Position numbers and translations under genes: made by a program
Assembly: GCA_017405375.1 (NCBI GenBank)
Contig: JAFRAO010000043.1
Location: forward strand, 111-64,110
Direction of reading: 5' to 3'
Length of the DNA stretch: 64,000 nt
Origin: a bacterium
Lineage (GTDB): Bacteria; Cyanobacteriota; Vampirovibrionia; Gastranaerophilales; Gastranaerophilaceae
The notes under the pieces: generated by a model
Databases searched by the model: none
What the model was told of the DNA's origin: nothing
Seen by the model: only the letters and a program-made list of their open reading frames with translations
Shown here: positions 19,960 through 29,311 of the stretch, piece by piece
How the letters are laid out: each line of letters starts with the position of its first letter
Numbering within the stretch: the first letter of the stretch is position 1

Positions 19960-21642
19960 TTAAGTTTTGCTAAGCAGTGGAATTGAAATTGTAAAACATG
20001 AACCATGGCCAAATTCACTATCGACATGGATTTCACCGTTATGCTTGTCAATTATTTTTTGCGAAATCGCTAATCCTAAACCGGTACCTGAAGATTTTGT
20101 TGTAAAGCCTTCCGTAAAAATTTTGCGAATATGTTCTCTTTTTATTCCCTTCCCGTTATCTTTAATAACTACACGTAAATTATTATCTTTCACTTCTGTT
20201 GTAATATCTATTATTCCTTTTGTTTCTATTGCATGACACGCATTTACAAGAATATTCATAAAAACTTGATTTAGCATATTTGGATAACATTTTATTAACG
20301 GTAAATCCGAATAATGTTTTTTTATTTCAGCTTTATGCTTAGTTTCATGGTGAATTAAAGCGAGTGTCAAATCAAGTTCTTTGTTTATATCTGCTTCTTG
20401 CAGTTCTGCTTCATCAAGTCTGACGAATTTTTTTAGAGATGTTATAAGGTGATTTATTCTTAAAACAGCCTCATTGTCTATTGCGTTAAGTTCATTAAAT
20501 GTTTCTTTCAGTTCGTCTGAATCAATTTTTTGAATTAATTTTTTCATTATTGCATTATTTGATTTGATTGATGCAAACGGCGTATTAATCTCATGCGCAA
20601 TACCTGCAACTAATTGACCAAGTGAAGCCATTTTCTCAGAATTAATAAGTTGTAATTGAGTATCTTTCAATTCTTTCAAAGTTTTTTGCAGTTCATTTAC
20701 TGTTTTTACATTATCTTCATATAATTTTGCTTGTGCGATTGCATTACCAATTTGTGCGGAAATACTCTCTAAAACATCAATCTCATTTGACATATCTCGT
20801 TTCTGCTTGCTTATCAAAACTATTACGCCAAAAAAAGAATTCAAGTGATAAATTGGCAATATTAACCTTAACAATGAACTGTCAAACAATTCGGCTTCGT
20901 TAAATTCTTTTAATACCATTGAGAATATCGCGTTTTTATTTAATATTTCTGTCGATATTTTATTAGGAAAAGTTATATTTTTGTTAATAAAAAGTTTGTT
21001 ATCTTTTCCGTATGCAAAATCAATTTTATAACAGGATTCTTGTTTTGAAGCGTAATATGCTCTAAATGCGCCGAAAACAGTAGCAAGCTCTTTCAGTGCG
21101 GAATTTAAAATATTATTTGTATTAATTGATTCACGAATAATATTGGAAATTTTGTTAATCAGGGTCATTTTTACGGCGTGAGCCTGATTTGATGTTGAAC
21201 GTTTTTTTAATTTATCAGTTTCTTCAGAAATCTCCATATATTTTTTATTTAACGCCTCATTTTCTGCTTTAACTGATTCAAGCTCCATTTTTGCACTTAC
21301 ATCGGAAAATACCATAATTATGTAATTGAATCTTCTGTAAGATGACAAATCAAAAAACATTAATTCGTTTGCGGTTTTTTGGTAACTTACAAGTGCACTA
21401 AAATCTTCTTTTGTTGTAAATATTTGATTAATTGGCAAAAAATCAGATGCACCTTCAACTTCTAACGGATAAAAATCGAAATTTAATTTATGCGAGAATC
21501 TTTTGAAATCTTTGTAGTCTTGGAACGTTCTTTTAAAAGCATTATTTACGAATAAAACATCCTTTTCCTGATTTGTAATAATTACAGGTTCTTTAAATTT
21601 ATTAAAAAAACAAAATTTCTCCATACTTACTATTATATACAC
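19960..21642 (-). CDS. Sensor histidine kinase (PAS-like and GAF-like N-terminal regions, HisKA, HATPase)
   Basis: H-box AGIAHEINTPFASI, N-box MNILVNACHA, G-box GTGLGLAIS. The start may be ATG 21624 (MEKF...). Confidence 0.88.
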   Translation of the reverse strand: MYIIVSMEKFCFFNKFKEPVIITNQEKDVLFVNNAFKRTFQDYKDFKRFSHKLNFDFYPLEVEGASDFLPINQIFTTKEDFSALVSYQKTANELMFFDLSSYRRFNYIIMVFSDVSAKMELESVKAENEALNKKYMEISEETDKLKKRSTSNQAHAVKMTLINKISNIIRESINTNNILNSALKELATVFGAFRAYYASKQESCYKIDFAYGKDNKLFINKNITFPNKISTEILNKNAIFSMVLKEFNEAELFDSSLLRLILPIYHLNSFFGVIVLISKQKRDMSNEIDVLESISAQIGNAIAQAKLYEDNVKTVNELQKTLKELKDTQLQLINSEKMASLGQLVAGIAHEINTPFASIKSNNAIMKKLIQKIDSDELKETFNELNAIDNEAVLRINHLITSLKKFVRLDEAELQEADINKELDLTLALIHHETKHKAEIKKHYSDLPLIKCYPNMLNQVFMNILVNACHAIETKGIIDITTEVKDNNLRVVIKDNGKGIKREHIRKIFTEGFTTKSSGTGLGLAISQKIIDKHNGEIHVDSEFGHGSCFTISIPLLSKT

Positions 21643-21689
21643 ATAAAAATAAATGCAAAAATATTAAGGTAATTTATACATTTTAGTCA

Positions 21690-21732
21690 GGTAATAATTA
21701 GCGCAATTTGCCAACTTTTTGACAAATTGCGC
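21690..21732 (-). terminator. Possible aspS terminator hairpin
   Basis: 10-bp stem GCGCAATTTG/CAAATTGCGC (21701-21710 / 21723-21732). On the minus strand it is followed by an A/U-rich but not pure U tail. Confidence 0.4.
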
Positions 21733-21770
21733 CATTAAATTTAAATTTTTCACTAATGCACACCAAACCA

Positions 21771-22049
21771 GTCGTGTGCTTGACTTCACATCGGCTAACA
21801 TTTCTTAGAATTATTGTTTCACACTCCGCTGTCGTTCATTCTGTTTTGCTATTCGCAAAACTGTCATTCACTAGCTCCGTGCTACTTCGAGTTCTGTTCG
21901 CTACGCTCACTTCACTCTACACAAAATTCTATCCGCCTGTGGCATCCAAACTCGTTCCCTCGTTTGTCTTTCCTACGGCGGTCTTATTATGTTTCGTCAA
22001 TGCTCCGGCGACTCCACATCGCCGTGTGCTTGACTTCACATCGGCTAAC
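21771..22049. repeat. Pyrimidine-rich (+ strand) element bounded by 27-bp perfect direct repeats 250 bp apart
   Basis: CGTGTGCTTGACTTCACATCGGCTAAC occurs at 21773-21799 and again at 22023-22049. The interior is visibly T+C rich on the + strand, unlike its flanks. Confidence 0.85.
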
Positions 22050-22052
22050 GCA

Positions 22053-23837
22053 CTATTTATGTTGAGCAGGATTGTATGTTGATTTTATATACAATTCTCT
22101 AAGTTGTTTGTAATCAGCTTCTGTCGGAGCATCACACATCAAGTCTTTTGCTGCTGAGTTTTTAGGGAAAGCCATTACATCACGAATTGATTCAGATTTG
22201 CAAAGTAGAGCAATCCATCTGTCTAAACCAATTGCCAAACCTGCATGTGGTGGAGTTCCGTATTGCAATGCATTTACCATAAATCCGAATTTCTTTTGAA
22301 CATCTTCTTCTGTTAATCTTAACGCTTTGAAGATTTTCTTTTGAACTTCAGGTGAGTGAATTCTTACAGAGCCACCGCCTAATTCTGTTCCGTTATAAAC
22401 AATATCATAAGCAACTGATTTTACATTGCCTAAATCGTCGTTATCTAATTTGTCTAAATCGTCTAAACATGGAGATGTAAACGGATGGTGCATTGCCATA
22501 AAGCGTTCTTCTTCATCTGACCATTCAAACATTGGGAAATCAACAATCCATAATAGAGCATGTTTTGATTCGTCAATTAAGTTTAACTTTTTACCAAAGT
22601 ATAATCTTAATCTTCCCATAATATCGTAAACTAATTTTGGTTTATCTGCAACGAAGAAAATAATATCGCCGTCTTTTGCTTGAGCTCTGTCTTTAATTTG
22701 TTGAGCTTGCTCTTCTGTTACAAATTTCAATACAGGAGATTTTGCAGTTCCGTCTTCGTTATAAATAATATTAGCCAAAGCCTTTGCACCAAATGAAACT
22801 GCAAGTTTTGTAATGTCGTCTATTTCTTTTCTTGAATAACTTGCACCATTTGGAATCCTTATACCGCGAACAATTCCGCCTGCTTGAAGAGTCTTTTTAA
22901 CAATATCAAATTCAGAATTTAGAATAATATCACCGATATCGAACAATTCTAAATCAAATCTTACATCAGGTTTGTCAGAACCGTATCTGTCCATAGCTTC
23001 TTGCCATGTCATTTGTTTGAACGGCGGTTTAACTTCAACACCCGCTGCTTTAAAACCTTCAACCAAAAGACCTTCAACCATTTCAATAATATCTTTTTGT
23101 TCAACAAAAGACATTTCTAAATCGATTTGCGTAAATTCAGGTTGTCTGTCAGCACGTAAATCTTCATCTCTGAAACATTTTGCAACTTGGTAATATCTTT
23201 CTACACCGCCAACCATTAATAGTTGTTTGAAAATTTGAGGTGATTGCGGTAAAGCGTAGAATTTACCCGGTTGAACACGAGATGGAACAAGATAATCTCT
23301 CGCACCTTCAGGTGTTGTATTAATAAGAATAGGTGTTTCAACTTCTAAAAAGTCTTGACCGTCTAAATAATTTCTAACAGCTTGAACTACTTTATGACGT
23401 AATTTGAGATTACCAAACATTTTTGGACGTCTTATATCCAAATAACGATATTTTAATCTGACATCTTCTGAAACATTTTCGTCATCCAAAACAAATGGAA
23501 CAGGTTTTGCTTCAGATAAAATTTCCACATATGTAGGGTAAACTTCAACCTGACCTGTTGGTAATTTGTCGTTATAAGTTTCTTCCGGACGTCTTGTTAC
23601 TTTACCTTTTATGGTAATAACGTATTCACTTCTAACCTTTTCAAAAACTTTGTGAATATCAGGATTTTTTTGAGGATCGGAAACAAGTTGAAAGAAACCT
23701 GTTCTATCTCTCAATTCAATAAATATCATACCACCTAAGTCGCGAACGCAATCAACCCAGCCGGAAAGAGTAACTTCTTGATCAAGATTTGATAAATTTA
23801 GTTCGCCACAATTGTTTGTTTTCATTCTTAATTGCAT
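22053..23837 (-). CDS. aspS: Aspartate--tRNA ligase
   Basis: 594 aa. Class II motif 2 FRDEDLRADRQPEFTQID and motif 3 GLAIGLDRWIALL. N-terminal OB-fold region. Confidence 0.95.
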   Translation of the reverse strand: MQLRMKTNNCGELNLSNLDQEVTLSGWVDCVRDLGGMIFIELRDRTGFFQLVSDPQKNPDIHKVFEKVRSEYVITIKGKVTRRPEETYNDKLPTGQVEVYPTYVEILSEAKPVPFVLDDENVSEDVRLKYRYLDIRRPKMFGNLKLRHKVVQAVRNYLDGQDFLEVETPILINTTPEGARDYLVPSRVQPGKFYALPQSPQIFKQLLMVGGVERYYQVAKCFRDEDLRADRQPEFTQIDLEMSFVEQKDIIEMVEGLLVEGFKAAGVEVKPPFKQMTWQEAMDRYGSDKPDVRFDLELFDIGDIILNSEFDIVKKTLQAGGIVRGIRIPNGASYSRKEIDDITKLAVSFGAKALANIIYNEDGTAKSPVLKFVTEEQAQQIKDRAQAKDGDIIFFVADKPKLVYDIMGRLRLYFGKKLNLIDESKHALLWIVDFPMFEWSDEEERFMAMHHPFTSPCLDDLDKLDNDDLGNVKSVAYDIVYNGTELGGGSVRIHSPEVQKKIFKALRLTEEDVQKKFGFMVNALQYGTPPHAGLAIGLDRWIALLCKSESIRDVMAFPKNSAAKDLMCDAPTEADYKQLRELYIKSTYNPAQHK

Positions 23838-24049
23838 AAACTACATTCCTTTTCTTTTTAATACGACTTAATATTATCAAAAAAATATTTAATTGTGAAG
23901 AAATTTTTAATTTTTGTTTTAAAAAAGTTATTTAATTGAGCTTATATTTTAAAAATCTACATCAAAGAGATGAAATTTATTGACTTTTTTTAATTTATTA
24001 TTAAATTATTCGATAATATTGGTAAAATCATAAGAAGAAAGGCTGAATT

Positions 24050-25282
24050 ATGGGCTTAGCTGCATCACAGGCAAGACTGTTAAGTCTTACTGCGAGAAGA
24101 GTTAATGTTGAATACGAAGGGCAACAAATAAATGAACAAAGAACTGTTCTTGCCAATCAGTCTGCAAATTTGTACAATCAAATGCTGGCTTTGAGTGTGC
24201 CTACCCCGCCAAATTCTCAAGATTTTACTAAAATTGATTATAAATTTGAAGTGCCTAATGTAAGTAATTCCGCAAAGATTTCGCAAATAAATAAAATCCC
24301 AGGAACTACAAATCAATATACAATATATTTTAATTATACCGAAACAGAGCTTGGTTATCCGGCATGTACCTCTAATCAGCGTTCTACTCCGCGCAGGTAT
24401 TTATTCTATATGGCAAGACTTCAACATAACGGTACCCAATGGACTGTAAAAGATGGAGAAAACACAATATTGATAGATGACCCTGTTAAAATTGTTGATC
24501 CAACAGATTTTACAAATAAAACAGGTATAGAAATAGAAAGTGGTAAAAGTTTATGGCAATATCAATATACTAAAATCGTTGGAGAAGAATCTACAACAAT
24601 TATAGAATATACTATAGGTGATTCAACAGGACTTAATCCAGCACAATATTATGACGGTTATAATGCAGATGACAACGTATATTCTGTAGAAACTTATAAA
24701 GGTAAACAAGAAAATTTAACTGAGTACAATCCGACAAGTCCGCCAGATCCTGATCCGCATAAGGATGTTTATGAAGCTTTATGTAAAGGAGAAGGTGACA
24801 CATTATATTATGTAAATGTTGGAAGTGAAAGTTCACCATCTTATCAATATTACAAAAAATCGGATTTAGATAAAGCATCTACACCGGGAGCTGTTGAAAC
24901 AAAATGTGTGTATTATTATACCGGTGAAATTGACAAATATGTGGAAGATTCATACAGTCCATGTTACATAGAACGAGATAAAAATAATCGAATGGTAAGT
25001 TTTACTTATATGGGTGATGATTACGCCGTAACAGCGGAACAAACTGTAGATGAAGATGCATACAATGATGCTATGAATGAATATACTTATCAAACATACT
25101 TGTATGAACATGAAATGTCTGAAATAAATGCTGAAACATCTGTTGTACAACAAAAAGATAAAACTTTGGAATTACGCTTGAAACAATTAGATACTGAAGA
25201 AAGAGCCGTAAAACAAGAAATTGAGGCATTAACATCATTGATAAAAAATGATATTGAAAAATCGTTCAATGCATTCTCTTAA
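24050..25282 (+). CDS. Hypothetical protein with helical N- and C-termini and a Tyr/Thr/Asn-rich central region
   Basis: 410-aa ORF with GAAAGG-type RBS. N-terminus GLAASQARLLSLTARRVNVEYEGQQINEQ. C-terminal heptad-like LELRLKQLDTEERAVKQEIEALTSLI. Confidence 0.6.
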   Translation: MGLAASQARLLSLTARRVNVEYEGQQINEQRTVLANQSANLYNQMLALSVPTPPNSQDFTKIDYKFEVPNVSNSAKISQINKIPGTTNQYTIYFNYTETELGYPACTSNQRSTPRRYLFYMARLQHNGTQWTVKDGENTILIDDPVKIVDPTDFTNKTGIEIESGKSLWQYQYTKIVGEESTTIIEYTIGDSTGLNPAQYYDGYNADDNVYSVETYKGKQENLTEYNPTSPPDPDPHKDVYEALCKGEGDTLYYVNVGSESSPSYQYYKKSDLDKASTPGAVETKCVYYYTGEIDKYVEDSYSPCYIERDKNNRMVSFTYMGDDYAVTAEQTVDEDAYNDAMNEYTYQTYLYEHEMSEINAETSVVQQKDKTLELRLKQLDTEERAVKQEIEALTSLIKNDIEKSFNAFS

Positions 25283-25323
25283 ATTTGTTAATATGCATTT
25301 TATAATTATTTTTTCGTGAACTA

Positions 25324-25352
25324 AAGTGTCGATATAATTCGACACTTTTTTG
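25324..25352 (+). terminator. Rho-independent terminator
   Basis: AGTGTCG-atataatt-CGACACT followed by TTTTT. Confidence 0.75.
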
Positions 25353-25399
25353 TATAAATTTGCAATAACACATTTTTAAGCTAAAATTAAAATTAAGTA

Positions 25400-26785
25400 A
25401 TGGGAGAAATGAAAATGGCAGCAGAAAGACAAAAACAACACGAACAGGACCCAATGGTTAGAAAAACTAACTTTGAAGCCGTAGAGGATAATTTAACAGA
25501 CGAACAAGCAAAACTTGAGGCTTCAAGATGTTTAAACTGCAAAAATCCTCAATGCGTAAAAGGATGTCCCGTAAACATTAATATTCCTGCGTTTATTCAT
25601 GAAGTTAAAGAAAATAACATTGAAAAAGCAGGCGAAATTATTCGTCAATCCAGCATGCTACCGTCAGTTTGCGGTCGAGTTTGCCCGCAAGAAAGACAAT
25701 GTGAAGGTAAATGCGTTTTAGGTATTAAAGGTGAATCTGTTGCTATCGGTGCTTTAGAAAGATATGTTGGCGACCTTACAAAAGCTCTTGAAACAACAAT
25801 TACTCCATCAGGCAAAAAAGTTGCTATCGTAGGTTCAGGATGTGCAGGAATTACTGCTGCTGCAGATTTGAGAAAAGCAGGTCATGATGTTACTGTTTTT
25901 GAAGCGCTACATGAATTCGGCGGAGTTTTAAGATATGGTATCCCGCCATTCAGACTTCCAAGAACTGTTTTAAACAGAGAACTTGATGCTTTAAAGAAAA
26001 TGGGCGTTAAATTTGAAAAAAACGTCATTGTAGGAAAATCAATTACACTAAAACAACTTGAAGAGGATGGTTTTAATGCAATATTTATCTGCTCCGGTGC
26101 AGGATTACCTAAAATGCTTGGTATTGCAGGTGAAAACTTAAACGGCGTGTATTCAGCAAATGAATTTTTAACACGTGTAAACTTAATGCATGCAAATGAT
26201 GATAAATATCCGACTCCACTCAGAGTTGGCAAAAAAGTTGCCGTAATCGGCGGTGGTAACGTTGCTATGGATGCAGCAAGAACATCTCTTAGAGCAGGTT
26301 TTGAAGAAGTCCATATCGTTTACAGAAGAACTGAAGCAGAACTTCCTGCAAGAAAAGAAGAAATCAGACATGCTAAGGAAGAAGGCGTAATATTTGATTT
26401 GTTACATGCTCCTGTTGAAATTTTAGGCGAAGACGGATACGTAAAAGCTATGAAATTTGAAATTATGGAGCTGGGTGAACCTGATGAAAGCGGAAGAAGA
26501 AGACCTGTAGGAACAGGTAAATACACAACTCTTGATGTTGATACAGTAATCGTAGCACTCGGCACTGGTCCTAACCCTATTATCCAAAAATCAGCTAAAT
26601 CAGAAGGTTTAGAAATTGATACTGATAAAAAAGGTTATATAGTTATCAATGGAGAAACTGGTGAAACTTCAATTAAAAAGATATTTGCAGGCGGAGATGT
26701 TGCTCCGACAGGTGAATCTACAGCTATTAACGCTATGGGTGCCGGAAAAAGAGCAGCAAAGGCTATTAATGAACTTCTTAAATAA
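25400..26785 (+). CDS. GltD/NfnB/SudA-family NAD(P)H oxidoreductase, large subunit (two [4Fe-4S] motifs, FAD and NAD(P) folds)
   Basis: CLNCKNPQCVKGCPVNINIP and CGRVCPQERQCEGKC, VAIVGSGCAGITAA, VAVIGGGNVAMDAA. The true start may be ATG 25409 or 25415, after GGAGA. Confidence 0.88.
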   Translation: MGEMKMAAERQKQHEQDPMVRKTNFEAVEDNLTDEQAKLEASRCLNCKNPQCVKGCPVNINIPAFIHEVKENNIEKAGEIIRQSSMLPSVCGRVCPQERQCEGKCVLGIKGESVAIGALERYVGDLTKALETTITPSGKKVAIVGSGCAGITAAADLRKAGHDVTVFEALHEFGGVLRYGIPPFRLPRTVLNRELDALKKMGVKFEKNVIVGKSITLKQLEEDGFNAIFICSGAGLPKMLGIAGENLNGVYSANEFLTRVNLMHANDDKYPTPLRVGKKVAVIGGGNVAMDAARTSLRAGFEEVHIVYRRTEAELPARKEEIRHAKEEGVIFDLLHAPVEILGEDGYVKAMKFEIMELGEPDESGRRRPVGTGKYTTLDVDTVIVALGTGPNPIIQKSAKSEGLEIDTDKKGYIVINGETGETSIKKIFAGGDVAPTGESTAINAMGAGKRAAKAINELLK

Positions 26786-27734
26786 ATTATTTTTAATTGT
26801 TTTTATATCCATTCTTACGATGCAATCCGCATCGTATGCAGTATTGGATATTGATATGTCTGTTGATTCCGAAATCAGACGTAAATATAATCCTGAAAAA
26901 GCAGTTGAGGATTTGTTGTCCCCGTTGCCGGACAACTTAAAAAATGATAAAAATGTTCCGCCAAAAGATGAATCCGATATAACGACAAAAAACAATGAAC
27001 AGGTAAAATCAACTGCAACAACGACTACAACAACAAAAACATCAACCACTCCTGTAACTAACAGTAGTGATAACAAAAATACAACATCACAAAATACAAC
27101 AAAAAATAATACGGGTTCATTGCAAGAAGTTAAGCAATCTGAATCTTTAGGACAAAAAATTACTCTAAAAAGTGGGACTAAAATTACTGTCAGGTCTTGT
27201 GAAAAATTATCTGATACCATGCCTGTCGGCAGAAAAGTTTATTTTAAACTCGCAAAACCTATACAAACAAAATTATTCACTCTCCCCGAAAATACTAAAT
27301 TTGTGGCAACCGTTGTAGATTCACATACTCCGCAAATTACCGGTAATGGCGGCCTACTGGTCTTACTGGTTGAAAGAGTTAACATTAACGGCAAAAATCA
27401 AGAAATAAAAGCAAAATTTACAAAATCAAATTACAAAAAAGTATTTTTTAATAATATTAAAGGTAAAAGGTCATATTTGAAAAACGTTGCAGAAAAAACA
27501 AATTTTGGAAATAAATATTATAAGAAAATGCTAAATAAATCAAAACAATATTCGCAAAAAAAGGTTACAATGATTTTATCACCTATAACTTATCTTTGCG
27601 GTGCAACGGTATATTTTATTAATATAATCGGTTCTCCTGTATTCGCTATATTCTCAGAAGGTAAAAGTTTATCAATTCCTGCGGATACTCAATTCGAAAT
27701 AAAATTTTTGGAAGATGTTGAATTGCACAATTAA
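26769..27734 (+). CDS. Secreted hypothetical protein with a Thr/Asn-rich linker
   Basis: Start chosen at ATG 26769, giving the signal peptide MNFLNKLFLIVFISILTMQSASYA. The track start at 26649 lies inside the upstream gene. Thr-rich tract TATTTTTTKTSTTPVTNSS. Confidence 0.6.
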   Translation: MNFLNKLFLIVFISILTMQSASYAVLDIDMSVDSEIRRKYNPEKAVEDLLSPLPDNLKNDKNVPPKDESDITTKNNEQVKSTATTTTTTKTSTTPVTNSSDNKNTTSQNTTKNNTGSLQEVKQSESLGQKITLKSGTKITVRSCEKLSDTMPVGRKVYFKLAKPIQTKLFTLPENTKFVATVVDSHTPQITGNGGLLVLLVERVNINGKNQEIKAKFTKSNYKKVFFNNIKGKRSYLKNVAEKTNFGNKYYKKMLNKSKQYSQKKVTMILSPITYLCGATVYFINIIGSPVFAIFSEGKSLSIPADTQFEIKFLEDVELHN

Positions 27735-27826
27735 TATCCTATCAGGTAATTGTTTTTTAATATGTAAAAGGTTTAATAGTATTATAAATTATAAATCTTT
27801 TTCATACTTCCAGCTATTTATATTGT

Positions 27827-27852
27827 GAGTCTTTTCTAAAGACTCTTTTTAT
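27827..27852 (+). terminator. Rho-independent terminator
   Basis: GAGTCTTT-tct-AAAGACTC followed by a T run. Confidence 0.7.
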
Positions 27853-27866
27853 TTTTTTTGAATATG

Positions 27867-27895
27867 TTGCAAAAAAAATCTTTTTAATTTAGAAT
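27867..27895 (+). promoter_or_regulatory. Sigma70-like promoter of the SRP RNA gene
   Basis: TTGCAA (27867-27872), 17-nt spacer, TAGAAT (27890-27895), about 8 nt before the RNA 5' end. Confidence 0.5.
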
Positions 27896-27902
27896 TTATT
27901 TA

Positions 27903-28165
27903 AGCCGTACTCCACGGGGACTTAGCGAATCCCTCGACTCGAACGCTTAGCGAGGTGCAGAGCCTACTGTGAGGCTTGTATGGGTGTTAATAATATGGTT
28001 AGTATTGTTGACAGATTAGATTATGGTGGCATAAGCTATCGAACCATGTCAGGGTGGAAACACAGCAGCATTAAGATAATACTTATGGGTATCATATATT
28101 TAATAAAGAGATATTAATTATAAAGTTAATATTTGTACAAATCGATAGGTAGTGGTACGGTTTTT
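27903..28165 (+). ncRNA. ffs: Signal recognition particle RNA, long form with Alu domain (Bacillus scRNA-like)
   Basis: Domain IV core GAACCAUGUCAGGGUGGAAACACAGCAGCAUUAAG resembles B. subtilis scRNA GAACCAUGUCAGGUCCGGAAGGAAGCAGCAUUAAG. The 5' GCCGUAC pairs with the 3' GUACGG, followed by a U run. The 3' AAUCGAUAGGUAGUGGUACGG resembles AAUCGACAGAAGGUGCACGG. Confidence 0.85.
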
Positions 28166-28171
28166 TATATT

Positions 28172-29308
28172 CTAATCCTGCATTCTATAATTTATCTCTT
28201 TGGACAATAAAGCAAAATTGATGACACTTTCTATTTCACCTGAATGTTGCTCCGTAACAAATGAAATTATATTGTTTAATAGTTCCGATAGTGTTTCTCC
28301 GGTTATTCTGTTCGATAAATAATCATCAAATATCTCTAATAAATACGGAAATGTTTCATACATGTTGTTATCTTTTATTGTTTCTATTTTTTGTCTTATC
28401 TCTTCTTCTTCAAAATCACCTGTCAATATTTTTATATAAATTTTTGCATAAGATGCTATTATATTGAATATATCCAAAGGTTTTAGACCTGTATACTTCA
28501 TTTTATAATAATAATTTTTGAAACTGAAATATAGTTCATTCAAATTCGGAACTATCCCGTTGCATTGAAGAGATAAATAATCACACAAAAAATAACGCAT
28601 TTGCAGAATCATATTTTCATTCTTAAACATATCGGTTATATCAAACCATTTTTGCAAATCAGATGAATCCCCAATTTCTTGTTTTAAAAAATAATTTATT
28701 AAAAGTAATTGCTGATGTACATTCTGATTATTACAATTTATACTTTGATATAAATCTAAATCATTAACTAAACTATTATCAGATACACAAAACAACACCA
28801 TTACCTTTTTTATTGTATTAAACATTTTTAATGCGGAAATATTACTTGTTTTAATTTTTGCCAAAAAGTTTTGAAAAACCATAAACATTGGATATTGTTT
28901 ATCTTCATTCTGTAACTCTTGACCGTTAATAATCTTTTCGTAAATTTCCTTTTCTTTGTCCAAAAGCTGTATTTTAGGAATATCCACGTTAAAAAGATAT
29001 TTTTTCTTAATTAGCTCTATAGCTTTATTATTTTTAGCACTTGTATCTTTAAAACATTCGCATATCGCATGAAGCAATAAGCTAAAAGTAATAAGTCGTT
29101 TTATCCCGTCTATAACGAGATATTTACCGGCATTTTGCCGATTTAGAAAAATCAATCCGTTAAATATTTCATTCGAATTACAATACACATTTTCTAAAAT
29201 CAAATCAAATAAATTCACAGGAAGTTCATACCCGCCAAAATACTCAGTGGCATGAAATTCCTGTGAGTTATCTAATAAATTTAATAAACTTAATTTATTT
29301 AATTCCAT
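28172..29308 (-). CDS. Degenerate DUF262 (ParB-like) family protein without a nuclease half
   Basis: 378 aa. YLVIDGIKRLITFSLLLHAI aligns with the DUF262 signature IDGQQRLTT(L). The rest is helical. No HNH/DUF1524 motif seen. Confidence 0.55.
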   Translation of the reverse strand: MELNKLSLLNLLDNSQEFHATEYFGGYELPVNLFDLILENVYCNSNEIFNGLIFLNRQNAGKYLVIDGIKRLITFSLLLHAICECFKDTSAKNNKAIELIKKKYLFNVDIPKIQLLDKEKEIYEKIINGQELQNEDKQYPMFMVFQNFLAKIKTSNISALKMFNTIKKVMVLFCVSDNSLVNDLDLYQSINCNNQNVHQQLLLINYFLKQEIGDSSDLQKWFDITDMFKNENMILQMRYFLCDYLSLQCNGIVPNLNELYFSFKNYYYKMKYTGLKPLDIFNIIASYAKIYIKILTGDFEEEEIRQKIETIKDNNMYETFPYLLEIFDDYLSNRITGETLSELLNNIISFVTEQHSGEIESVINFALLSKEINYRMQD

Positions 29309-29311
29309 AAC

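Noticed and set aside
21771-22049. CRISPR mini-array, RNase P RNA or tmRNA as explanations for the 27-bp repeats and GC-richer interior
   Set aside because: There are only two repeats, with a roughly 223-nt spacer and no cas genes. The resemblances to RNase P CR-I/CR-V (GGAAAGAC, ACAGAAC) are short and not in a convincing context or length. No tRNA-like 3' end is present.
21756-22082. Two overlapping plus-strand ORFs (108 aa and 83 aa) in the aspS downstream element
   Set aside because: Both frames are open only because the + strand is A-poor. The two 27-bp repeat copies fall in different frames. There is no RBS, and the ORF runs into the aspS coding region on the opposite strand.
23990-24049. 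Sigma28 (FliA)-type promoter (TAAA-N15-xCGATAA) upstream of the 24050 gene
   Set aside because: Only the CGATAA core matches. The TAAA half is uninformative in such AT-rich DNA, and no flagellar genes are present in the window.
26669-27220. 183-aa minus-strand ORF opposite the secreted Thr-rich protein, and the track start 26649 for the + strand ORF
   Set aside because: The minus ORF is a Val-rich shadow of the Thr/Asn-rich tract. The 26649 start lies inside the GltD-like gene, whereas ATG 26769 yields a clean signal peptide.
27903-28165. tmRNA or 6S RNA as the identity of the structured RNA
   Set aside because: The SRP domain IV motif (GUCAGG...GGAA...AGCAGC) and end-to-end similarity to B. 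subtilis scRNA fit much better. There is no tag-peptide ORF and no CCA-type tRNA-like end.
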